Source: Gemmatimonadota bacterium (GTDB lineage Bacteria; Gemmatimonadota; Gemmatimonadetes; Gemmatimonadales; GWC2-71-9). From it: a stretch of 45,288 nucleotides of DNA. The notes beneath the pieces were generated by a model. It was not told the origin of the DNA and did no database searches. It was given only the letters and a program-made list of their open reading frames with translations. The stretch covers positions 1 to 45,288 of the forward strand of contig JACOVF010000114.1 of assembly GCA_016177465.1 (NCBI GenBank), given 5' to 3'. The position numbers and the translations under genes were made by a program. How positions within the stretch are numbered: position 1 is the stretch's first letter; the number at the start of each line of letters is the position of its first letter. Shown here piece after piece: positions 38,043 through 45,288 of this stretch.

Positions 38043-38921
38043 TCAGCGTGCAGCGTCGATCACCGCGCGCAGCCCACGCAGCACCTCCTGCAGCTGGCCG
38101 TCCGCCCAGAAGTGGATGTAGTAGAGCGTCGGTGATTCGCCGACGAGGTGGCTGTGCATCGCCGTGGCGGTGATCCCGCCCGCCGCGAGCGCCGCCACGA
38201 TCCCCGCGACCTTGTCTCCGGGGACCGCGAAATCCCCGGTCGCCACGACACGCGCGGCGGAAACCGCCTGGAGATTGATCGGGCTGCCGTATCCGAGCGG
38301 TGCCGGCACGGCCACGTCGCCGATGGTTACGCCCGCGGGCACGAAATTGAAGCCCATCAGCACGACCGAGCCGTTCGCCCGCCCCGAGACGCCGAGCATT
38401 CGGAAGATCTCCGCGGTATCGAGCACCGGCGGTGCGGGCAGGGACGGCCGGACGGGCACCGGGGTCCCCGTGAGCGCGAAGACACGGCGTAACCTCACGG
38501 CGAGGTCCAGTGCCGGCCCGGTCTCCATGAAGTGGACGTAGCGGATCGACGGCTCTTCCCCGGCCAGATGGTTATGGATGGCGGTCACGGCGATCCGATC
38601 CGCCGCCAGCTGGCGTAGCACCGGCCCCAGCTCTGCGCCGGTCACGACCAGGTCGCCCATCGCGACGGTGTCGGATCCCATCGTGGCGAACCCCGCCCAG
38701 CCAACGAGCGCGATGGCGGGGGCGACGACGACGTCCCCGACGCGGACTGTGAGGTCCGTGCGGGGGAGGTTGTAGCGGACCGCGCCGGCCGCAGCCGCGA
38801 CCGGTGCCTGGAGAATCTTTCCCACCGAATCCCAGGGGGCGCCGGCCCCCGCCTGGCCGGATGCGGGCGCTGCGAGGAGCCCGCACAACAGCGGCGTGAT
38901 CGGGACGCGATGCGCGTTCAT
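38043..38921 (-). CDS. Secreted DUF1259 (LppY/LpqO-like) duplicated-domain protein
   Basis: Signal peptide; two repeats with MGDLV..VTAIHNHL..YVHF and TGDFA..TAMHSHL..YYIHFW. Confidence 0.82.
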   Translation of the reverse strand: MNAHRVPITPLLCGLLAAPASGQAGAGAPWDSVGKILQAPVAAAAGAVRYNLPRTDLTVRVGDVVVAPAIALVGWAGFATMGSDTVAMGDLVVTGAELGPVLRQLAADRIAVTAIHNHLAGEEPSIRYVHFMETGPALDLAVRLRRVFALTGTPVPVRPSLPAPPVLDTAEIFRMLGVSGRANGSVVLMGFNFVPAGVTIGDVAVPAPLGYGSPINLQAVSAARVVATGDFAVPGDKVAGIVAALAAGGITATAMHSHLVGESPTLYYIHFWADGQLQEVLRGLRAVIDAAR

Positions 38922-40744
38922 GGTGTGCCTCCAGTCGGGTGCTCGTCTCGTGTGATGCGCCGCGCCGCGTCCACGTCCGCGGCCAGCTCCCCGGGAGATC
39001 CGACTCCGGCCCGGATCTTCAGCAGCGCCAGCCGCAGGTTCTCGAGCGCCGCGAGCGCGGCGGCCAGGCGTGCGTCCGCGTCACGACGCGCCGCTTCCAG
39101 GTCGGCGAAGCGGGGGTTGCCCCGCGCCGGTCCCGCGTCCGCGATCGCCTGGGCCAGCTCGGCCGAGCGCAGCCGCAGCGCCTGCGCCCGCGCCTCGAGG
39201 CGGCGGACGACGCCGGTCACTTCGGAGAGCTGCTCGTGATATGCTTGGGGCAGGCTGTCGATGAGGGACGCGACTGCGCGACCCAGCAGGACCTCGGTGG
39301 GCTGGAGGGCCGGCGCCGTCCGGGGCCTGGGCCGCAGGCCGATCCCCGCCAGCCCGAAGAGGACGCGCCCAGGCCCTCCCGCCGCTAGGCGACTCCATAT
39401 CCGAGGACGTGCGGGGGAAACGAGCGCGAGCGGAACGGCGAGGGTCAGGACGAAGGTGCCGAGCAGGGCGAGGGCGACCCGCGCACTCGGAGAGCGAACG
39501 CCGAGGGTCGGGAGGAGGACGCCGAGCGCCAACGCCCCGACGCCGAGTGGGGGGAACAAGGGGGCCGGCCGCTGCAGGAGTCGGAGCAACCGCCCCGCGT
39601 GGGGGCCGGCCCCGTGAAAGAACTCCGCCTCTTCCTCCTCTCGAGACCGCGCCTCCGCCAGAAACCCCGCCGCCACGTCCGTCCGGCCGAACCCGCCGCG
39701 GATGACCAGCCGTGCGTGGGAAAGCACGTCCAACACGCTCAGCGCCCATATCGCCAGCAGCACCGACCCGACCCCCCCCGATCCCGTGGGTGCCATCAGC
39801 CGCATCCAGGCGAACACGACTCCGAAACCAACGGCGAGCAGGCCGGTGATCACTATGGCGCGCTCGAACCGCCGGATGACGGCCGGGACTTCCAGCGTGG
39901 CGTCGCGCACCGCGCCGATCGCCTCGGCCAGCTCCTCGCCCGACGCGAACCGCGCCGCGGGATCCTTAGCGAGGCAGCGGTCGATCGCTTCGGCCAGCTG
40001 CCGCGGCAGCGCCGGGCGCTGGCTCGTGACCGGCGGCGCCGGCTGCGTGAGGTGCTGGACCAGGATCGCCCGGAGCGTCGGACCTTCGAAAGGCAGCTGG
40101 CCTGTGAGGGCGAAGAACCCCGTCACGCCGAGCGAGTAGAGGTCGCTGCGCGCGTCCACCGGCTCCGCCGCTGCCTGCTCGGGGCTCATGTAATGAGCGG
40201 TGCCGATCACCTCGTCCCCGGCGGCTCCGGGGGCGTCGGTGCGGCGGGCGATCCCGAAGTCGGTCACCAGCGCGCGGCCCGTCGCGCGCTCGATCAGGAT
40301 GTTCTCTGGTTTCACGTCCCGGTGGACGATGTCCCGGCCGTGCGCGTACGCGAGCGCCCAGGCGACCTCCTGCAACAGCCGGGTGGCCTCGGCCACCGGA
40401 AGCGGCCCCGCACGCCGCACCCGCTGCGCCAGCGTCTCGCCCTCGATATACCCCATGACGAAGTACACGAGGTCGTCCCGCGCCTCCACAAGGTGGATCG
40501 AGACGACGTTGGGGTGGGACAGGCCTGCGGCGAGGCGGGCTTCGCGGAGGAACCCCTCCCGGATCCCCGGGTGCGCGGCCACGGCGGGGGGGAGGAGCTT
40601 GATGGCCACGGGCCGTTCCAGGGCGACGTCCCGGGCGAGGTAAACGATTCCCATCCCTCCGCGGCCCAGTTCGCGCTCGAGCGAGTAGCGGCCGGCGACC
40701 GCGGCCTGCAAGGCGAGGAATTCCGGCGCGGGGGTCTCGGACAC
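38918..40744 (-). CDS. Hanks-type Ser/Thr protein kinase with TM helices and C-terminal coiled coil
   Basis: GRGGMGIVY, VAIK, HRDVKPEN, DFGIA, GTAHYMSPEQ, DLYSLG; about four hydrophobic segments follow. Confidence 0.93.
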   Translation of the reverse strand: MSETPAPEFLALQAAVAGRYSLERELGRGGMGIVYLARDVALERPVAIKLLPPAVAAHPGIREGFLREARLAAGLSHPNVVSIHLVEARDDLVYFVMGYIEGETLAQRVRRAGPLPVAEATRLLQEVAWALAYAHGRDIVHRDVKPENILIERATGRALVTDFGIARRTDAPGAAGDEVIGTAHYMSPEQAAAEPVDARSDLYSLGVTGFFALTGQLPFEGPTLRAILVQHLTQPAPPVTSQRPALPRQLAEAIDRCLAKDPAARFASGEELAEAIGAVRDATLEVPAVIRRFERAIVITGLLAVGFGVVFAWMRLMAPTGSGGVGSVLLAIWALSVLDVLSHARLVIRGGFGRTDVAAGFLAEARSREEEEAEFFHGAGPHAGRLLRLLQRPAPLFPPLGVGALALGVLLPTLGVRSPSARVALALLGTFVLTLAVPLALVSPARPRIWSRLAAGGPGRVLFGLAGIGLRPRPRTAPALQPTEVLLGRAVASLIDSLPQAYHEQLSEVTGVVRRLEARAQALRLRSAELAQAIADAGPARGNPRFADLEAARRDADARLAAALAALENLRLALLKIRAGVGSPGELAADVDAARRITRDEHPTGGTP

Positions 40745-40805
40745 GGGCCTATGCTAAGAGGTTACGCCTCCTGGAGCCAGCGGCATCATTCCCCGACCGT
40801 CGCGC

Positions 40806-40834
40806 TGCAACCCTTTCGGGGCGATCTCCGTCTA
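40806..40834 (+). promoter_or_regulatory. Candidate ECF sigma promoter for the DUF5916 gene
   Basis: TGCAAC-N17-CGTCTA fits the AAC/-35 and CGTC/-10 pattern of ECF promoters. Confidence 0.55.
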
Positions 40835-40917
40835 AGGAGGAGAACCGAGGCCGCTTTTGGGCTCCGCGCGACCGTCAGCTGCGCCCAAACGTCACAACCG
40901 TCAAACCCCGGGCGCCC

Positions 40918-43524
40918 ATGACCGCTCTCACGCTGAGCCTGTTCCTGGCCGCCGGCCTGCACGTCCAGCCGGCACCGACCGATTCCCCAGCCACCGCCCC
41001 CGAGCAGGTGCGCGCCATCCGTCTGCCCCAACCCATCGCGATAGACGGGCTGCTCACCGACGCCGCCTGGCGCACCGCGGTTCGCATCGAGCGCTTCATC
41101 CAACGGGATCCGAACGAAGGCGCCGCCGCGACCGAGAGCACGGTCGTGTTCGTGGCCTACGACGACGCCGCGATTTACGTCGGCGCCCGGCTGTACGACT
41201 CCCACCCCGACTCGATCCTCGCGCTACTCGGACGCCGCGACGCCGGCGTCCACGCCGATCGGTTCGTATTTTTCGTGGACCCCTACCATGACCGACGCAG
41301 CGGCTTCTTCTTCGGCCTGAACGCCGCCGGCACGCTGATGGACGGCGTGCTCTTCAACGACGACTGGGACGACGACTCCTGGGACGGCGTCTGGGACGGA
41401 CGCGTGACGGCCGACTCGCTCGGCTGGACGGCGGAAATGCGGATCCCGTACTCCCAGATCCGCTTCAACCGGGCCGAGGTGTACACTTGGGGCGTCAACT
41501 TCGGCCGCTTCATCGCGCGCAAGAATGAAAGCGACTACTACGCGCCGCGGCCCAAGAATGCGAGCGGGTTCGTATCCCGCTTTGCCGACCTGGTCGGGAT
41601 CGAGCGCATCACGCCGCCCGCGCGGCTGGAAGTGATGCCCTACCTCACGAGCAAGGCGGAGTTCGGGCCGCACGCGGCGGGGGACCCGTTCAACGACGGT
41701 TCGCGGCTCACGTCGGGACTCGGCGCCGACGCCCGCATCGGCCTCGGCCCCAACCTCACCCTCAACGCGACGGTGAACCCGGACTTCGGCCAGGTCGAGG
41801 TGGACCCGGCCGTCGTGAACCTGAGCGACGCCGAGACCTTCTTCAACGAAAAGCGGCCCTTCTTTGTGGAGGGCTCGTCGACCTTCAACTTCGGGTTCGG
41901 CGGGCAGCGCAACTTCTGGGGCTTCAACTGGGCAGGCCCCGATTTCTTCTACAGCCGCCGGATCGGGCGCTCGCTGTCGGCGAACGCGCCGGCGGGCGGG
42001 TACGTGGACTCCCCGACGGGCGCGCACATCCTGGGCGCGCTGAAGCTGACGGGGAAGGCGGCGGGGACTTGGAACGTGGGCGCCCTGTCCGCCGTGACGG
42101 CGAAGGAAGAGGCGCAGATCGACAGCGCCGGCCGCCGCTGGTCGCAGGAGATCGAGCCGCTGGCGTTCTACGGCGTGTACAGGGCCCAGAAGGAGTTCGC
42201 CGAGGGTCGCCAGGGGCTCGGATTCCTCTCGACCGTGGCCGCCCGTCGCTTCGACGACTCGGCCCTCCGCGACGTCCGCAACGCGAGCTCGCTCGCCTTC
42301 GGCGCCGACGGCTGGACCTTCCTCGACCACGACAAACGGTGGGTCACCACCGGCTGGCTCGGCCTGTCCCGCATCGCGGGATCGGCGGCCCGGATCCTGA
42401 CGGTGCAGCAGAACTCGATCCACTACTTCCAGCAGCCTGATGCCGAGCACGCGACGGTGGACAGCGCCGCCACCTCCCTCACCGGGATGGCCGGGCGTTT
42501 CACTCTCGCGAAGCAAAAGGGGAACAGCTTTGTCAACTCGGCGGTCGGGTTCCTGTCGCCGGGGTTCGACGTGAACGACCTCGGGTTCATGTTCCGCACC
42601 GGGCTCGTGAACATGCACGTCGGCGGCGGCTATTCCTGGACCGAGCCGGGAAAGGTGTTCCGCCGGGCGGAGCTGGGCGGGGCGGTGTTCCGCAACTACG
42701 ATTGGGACGGCAACATCAATTGGTCGGGGGTGTTTCACTTCGGGTTCGTGCAGTTCCTCAACTACTACCACCTGAACTGGAACGTGGCCCACAACCCCTG
42801 GACGGTGAACAACCGCCGCACCCGCGGCGGGCCGCTCACCCTCACCCCGCCGGGCTACCAGTTCAACTTCAACGTGGGCTCCGATAGCCGAAAGCCCCTC
42901 ACCTTTGGCGTCTTCACGGGGACCTATTACCGCTCCGCGGCGGACGCGAGCTGGTGGCTGGGCACCGAGTTGCAGTACCGTCCCGCGCCGAACGTGTCGG
43001 TGAGCGTCGAGCCCAGTGTGAACGTAAGCCAGACCCCCACGCAATACGTCGAGGCGTACGACGATCCGGCCGCCACGGCGACCTTCGACCGCCGCTACGT
43101 GTTCGCCGCACTGGACCAGACCGAGCTATCGGCCGGGATCCGGATGAACTGGACGTTCACGCCTAAACTCTCCCTGCAGCTGTACGCGCAGCCGCTCATC
43201 TCGGCGGGGGACTACGGGCGATTTAGGGCGCTCGCGCGGCCCCGCACCTACGACTTCGACGTTTGGAACGACGGCACGTCGAGCTTCGACAGCACCAGCT
43301 ACTCGCCGCCCGACCTGGACTTCAACTTCAAGTCGCTGCGCGGTAACGCGGTGCTGCGCTGGGAATACCTCCCCGGCTCGACGTTGTTCTTCGTGTGGAC
43401 GCAAGGGCGCGAGGACTTCGAGCCGTCCGGCGATTTCCGCGTCGGGCCCTCGTTAGACCGCCTCCTCCGGGCGCCGGCGCGAAACATCTTCCTGATCAAG
43501 GCGACGTATTGGTGGAATCCCTAG
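40918..43524 (+). CDS. Exported CBM9-like/DUF5916 protein (probable outer-membrane beta-barrel)
   Basis: IDGLLTDAAW, YDDAAIYVG, GWTAEMRIPY, NATVNPDFGQVEVD, FFNEKRPFF, FYSRRIG, LRWEYLPGSTLFFVW, C-terminal KATYWW. Confidence 0.85.
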   Translation: MTALTLSLFLAAGLHVQPAPTDSPATAPEQVRAIRLPQPIAIDGLLTDAAWRTAVRIERFIQRDPNEGAAATESTVVFVAYDDAAIYVGARLYDSHPDSILALLGRRDAGVHADRFVFFVDPYHDRRSGFFFGLNAAGTLMDGVLFNDDWDDDSWDGVWDGRVTADSLGWTAEMRIPYSQIRFNRAEVYTWGVNFGRFIARKNESDYYAPRPKNASGFVSRFADLVGIERITPPARLEVMPYLTSKAEFGPHAAGDPFNDGSRLTSGLGADARIGLGPNLTLNATVNPDFGQVEVDPAVVNLSDAETFFNEKRPFFVEGSSTFNFGFGGQRNFWGFNWAGPDFFYSRRIGRSLSANAPAGGYVDSPTGAHILGALKLTGKAAGTWNVGALSAVTAKEEAQIDSAGRRWSQEIEPLAFYGVYRAQKEFAEGRQGLGFLSTVAARRFDDSALRDVRNASSLAFGADGWTFLDHDKRWVTTGWLGLSRIAGSAARILTVQQNSIHYFQQPDAEHATVDSAATSLTGMAGRFTLAKQKGNSFVNSAVGFLSPGFDVNDLGFMFRTGLVNMHVGGGYSWTEPGKVFRRAELGGAVFRNYDWDGNINWSGVFHFGFVQFLNYYHLNWNVAHNPWTVNNRRTRGGPLTLTPPGYQFNFNVGSDSRKPLTFGVFTGTYYRSAADASWWLGTELQYRPAPNVSVSVEPSVNVSQTPTQYVEAYDDPAATATFDRRYVFAALDQTELSAGIRMNWTFTPKLSLQLYAQPLISAGDYGRFRALARPRTYDFDVWNDGTSSFDSTSYSPPDLDFNFKSLRGNAVLRWEYLPGSTLFFVWTQGREDFEPSGDFRVGPSLDRLLRAPARNIFLIKATYWWNP

Positions 43525-43534
43525 AAGAGCGCCG

Positions 43535-43609
43535 AGGGGCTAAGCGGCTAAGGGGCTAAGGCGTGAAGTCGGCGTCTTAGCCCCTTAGCCACTTCGCCGC
43601 TTAGCCCCT
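43535..43609. repeat. Dispersed 8-nt-period inverted repeat (GGCTAAG/CTTAGCC), copy 2; long hairpin
   Basis: AGGGGCTAAGCGGCTAAGGGGCTAAG-spacer-CTTAGCCCCTTAGCCACTTCGCCGCTTAGCCCCT. Confidence 0.85.
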
Positions 43610-43622
43610 ATTCTTTACGCCC

Positions 43623-44045
43623 ATGTCCGGCCCCCCTCCGGAACTCCAAGCCAGCCCGCGCATCCTGCACACCGCCCTGTTCGCCGGCGCGCTGTTCATC
43701 ACCCCGATGACCGCGGCGCTGCGCTGGGTGGCGCCTATCGTGCACGTCGGCCCGCCCACAGCGCTGGTGCTGCGCTTCATCGCGATCGCAACACTGATGG
43801 CGCAGGCCGTGGTAGTGCGCATCGTGCGCAACCGGATCGCGCCGCTGGAGCTCGGCGGGAGCGAAGACGCCTGGTGGAACGCATACCTGACCTCGTGCCT
43901 CGTGATCTGGGGGCTGGGAGAGAGTCTCGCCCTCCTGGGGAGCGTGTTCTACTTCATGACAGGGGACTGGCTGATGCTCGGCGTGGCGGGGGGCGGGCTC
44001 CTGCTGCTGTTCCTCGCGAATCCGACCCGCCTGATGCGGGACTAG
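43623..44045 (+). CDS. Hypothetical small membrane protein (about 4 TM)
   Basis: 140-aa ORF of hydrophobic helices filling the gap; TATTCT 8 nt upstream. Confidence 0.65.
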   Translation: MSGPPPELQASPRILHTALFAGALFITPMTAALRWVAPIVHVGPPTALVLRFIAIATLMAQAVVVRIVRNRIAPLELGGSEDAWWNAYLTSCLVIWGLGESLALLGSVFYFMTGDWLMLGVAGGGLLLLFLANPTRLMRD

Positions 44046-44755
44046 GCGTGCGCGTCCGGCACGGGGGGGAAGACACTCACCTCGGAGCCGACGGCGAACA
44101 GCACCGAGACCGGCTGCCGGCCGTTCAGAACGCTCCACTCCGCGCCGTAGAGCGCCGCGAAGTCCACATCGTAACCCACGGTGCGGATCTCTCGCACCGC
44201 CCACGGCGGGTGCGCCACCCGAAACACCTGCGGCCGGTTGTGGTGATCGACTCGGCACCCGACGGTGCGCTCCGTGAGGTACTGCTCGAAGCCGCCGGCG
44301 GACGGGAGGTGGGACGCTGCCGACCCGGTCACGGCGACGTGGTAACTCGGTGTCGTCAGCCCGAAGCGGTATTCCGCGCGCACCGTGTCCCCTGTCGCTT
44401 CCACGTGAGCGACGATCCGCGCGGCGCGAACCGGCTCTCCGTACCGGAGCCGCCCAACGGCGGCGACGAGGCGGCTCGGCACGAACTCCCGCACGAACGA
44501 CACCCCAGGGCCGGCGGGATGGCGCACGTACGTGCGAAAGTTCACCTGCGCGTGGCTACCGAAGCCGGGGATGCGCCAACCGCGGAGACGGATGTCGTGC
44601 ATCTCCAGGGCGACGAGTGACACGTGCGTCCGCCCTTCCCAGCGGTCGGGTTCCAGCCCCGGTGGAATGACGCTGCACACCAAGGCTTCCGGTGCTTCGA
44701 ACGTGACGAGCGCCAGGTCCGACCAGCGGGCCGTGAGAAACGGGCGAGGCCTCGT
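44042..44755 (-). CDS. DUF2071/YqjF family protein; no canonical start before its conserved N-terminus
   Basis: Frame reads TRPRPFLTARWSDLALVTFEAP..VSLVAL..QVNFRTYVR..GVSF..YLTER..VAHPPW directly after the in-frame thiD TAG. Confidence 0.78.
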   Translation of the reverse strand, partial: TRPRPFLTARWSDLALVTFEAPEALVCSVIPPGLEPDRWEGRTHVSLVALEMHDIRLRGWRIPGFGSHAQVNFRTYVRHPAGPGVSFVREFVPSRLVAAVGRLRYGEPVRAARIVAHVEATGDTVRAEYRFGLTTPSYHVAVTGSAASHLPSAGGFEQYLTERTVGCRVDHHNRPQVFRVAHPPWAVREIRTVGYDVDFAALYGAEWSVLNGRQPVSVLFAVGSEVSVFPPVPDAHA

Positions 44756-45288
44756 CTACAGTCCCTCGGTCGGCGGCCGGGGCGGTCCCGGCACGAAGTG
44801 ATTGAGCGGACCGTGCCCGCGCCCGAGGCCGGGCGCGGCCGCCATCGCCCGGTGCACGAAGTCGAGGGCGTCCTCCACCGCGCGCGTGAGGGGGCGGCCG
44901 TGCGCGAGCCCCGCCGCCACGGCGGCGGAGAGGGTGCACCCGGTGCCGTGGGTGGACGTCGTGTCGAGTCGCGGATGGGCGAAGCGGTGGACGCCGTCCG
45001 CGGTGACCAACACGTCCACGATCTCGTCGCCCTCGAGGTGGCCACCTTTCACCAGCGCGGCCCGGGCGCCCAGCGTGAGCAGGGCGCGGCCCGCGCGCTC
45101 CATCTCCTCGGGACCCCGGACCTTATCCTCTACCAGGATTCCCGCTTCGTCGAGGTTCGGCGTCACGAGTACGGCGAGCGGCACGAGCCGCGTAGCGATG
45201 AGCCGCTCGGCCTCGCGCGCAAGCAAGCGGTCGCCGGAGGTGGCGACCATCACCGGGTCGAGCACGTAGTTGGGCAGCCCGCGCCGCG
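44756..45288 (-). CDS. thiD: Hydroxymethylpyrimidine/phosphomethylpyrimidine kinase ThiD (3' part; start outside window)
   Basis: VLDPVMVATSG, VTPNLDEA, VKGGHL, THGTGCTLSAA, GRGHGPLNHF. Confidence 0.95.
   Translation of the reverse strand, partial: RRGLPNYVLDPVMVATSGDRLLAREAERLIATRLVPLAVLVTPNLDEAGILVEDKVRGPEEMERAGRALLTLGARAALVKGGHLEGDEIVDVLVTADGVHRFAHPRLDTTSTHGTGCTLSAAVAAGLAHGRPLTRAVEDALDFVHRAMAAAPGLGRGHGPLNHFVPGPPRPPTEGL

Noticed and set aside
43535-43609. GGCTAAG arrays as a mini-CRISPR
   Set aside because: Units are 8 nt, contiguous and inverted, with no repeat-spacer structure and no cas genes.
72-44620. Many long overlapping alternative-frame and antisense ORFs (e.g. 72-848, 1423-2829, 10940-12748, 26419-28359, 41224-43044)
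   Set aside because: Arg/Pro/Gly-rich, motif-free shadows expected in high-GC DNA, overlapping well-supported genes.

Overview
GC-rich bacterial chromosomal segment. The gene content (Hanks kinases, TolB-like/TPR proteins, DUF5916 protein, short Q-ending signal peptides) suggests Gemmatimonadota, but this is inference only. From left to right: (i) tRNA-Leu(TAG)-tig-clpP-clpX on the minus strand; (ii) a patchwork accessory block with a kinase-less TolB-like/TPR protein, a secreted protein, a fatty-acid desaturase, chrB-chrA, an ornithine-cyclodeaminase-family gene, a frameshifted kinase remnant and a SAM methyltransferase; (iii) a caa3-type cytochrome c oxidase operon (ctaC-D-E-F-G plus an unknown membrane protein); (iv) dnaK-degP behind a sigma54-type promoter, and a rhomboid protease; (v) a ~17 kb phosphate/nucleotide scavenging super-locus, where a ComEC-like MBL hydrolase-DUF3006-ArsR-phoB-phoR, then porin-pstS-pstC-pstA-pstB-pstB-phoU, face a divergent operon of tandem-domain 5'-nucleotidase, ubiquitin-like-fused adenosine deaminase, NupC and purine nucleoside phosphorylase; (vi) kinase-DUF1259-MFS, a DUF5916 protein, a DUF2071 gene lacking a normal start and in frame with the thiD amber stop, and partial thiD. 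No CRISPR, integrase or transposase was seen. Best leads: the Pho-linked DNA/nucleotide scavenging locus, the Ubl-ADA fusion, the thiD-TAG-DUF2071 junction, widespread leaderless promoters, a candidate Pho box, a candidate ChrB operator, and a dispersed 8-mer-based hairpin repeat. All calls come from reading the sequence; no database searches were run.
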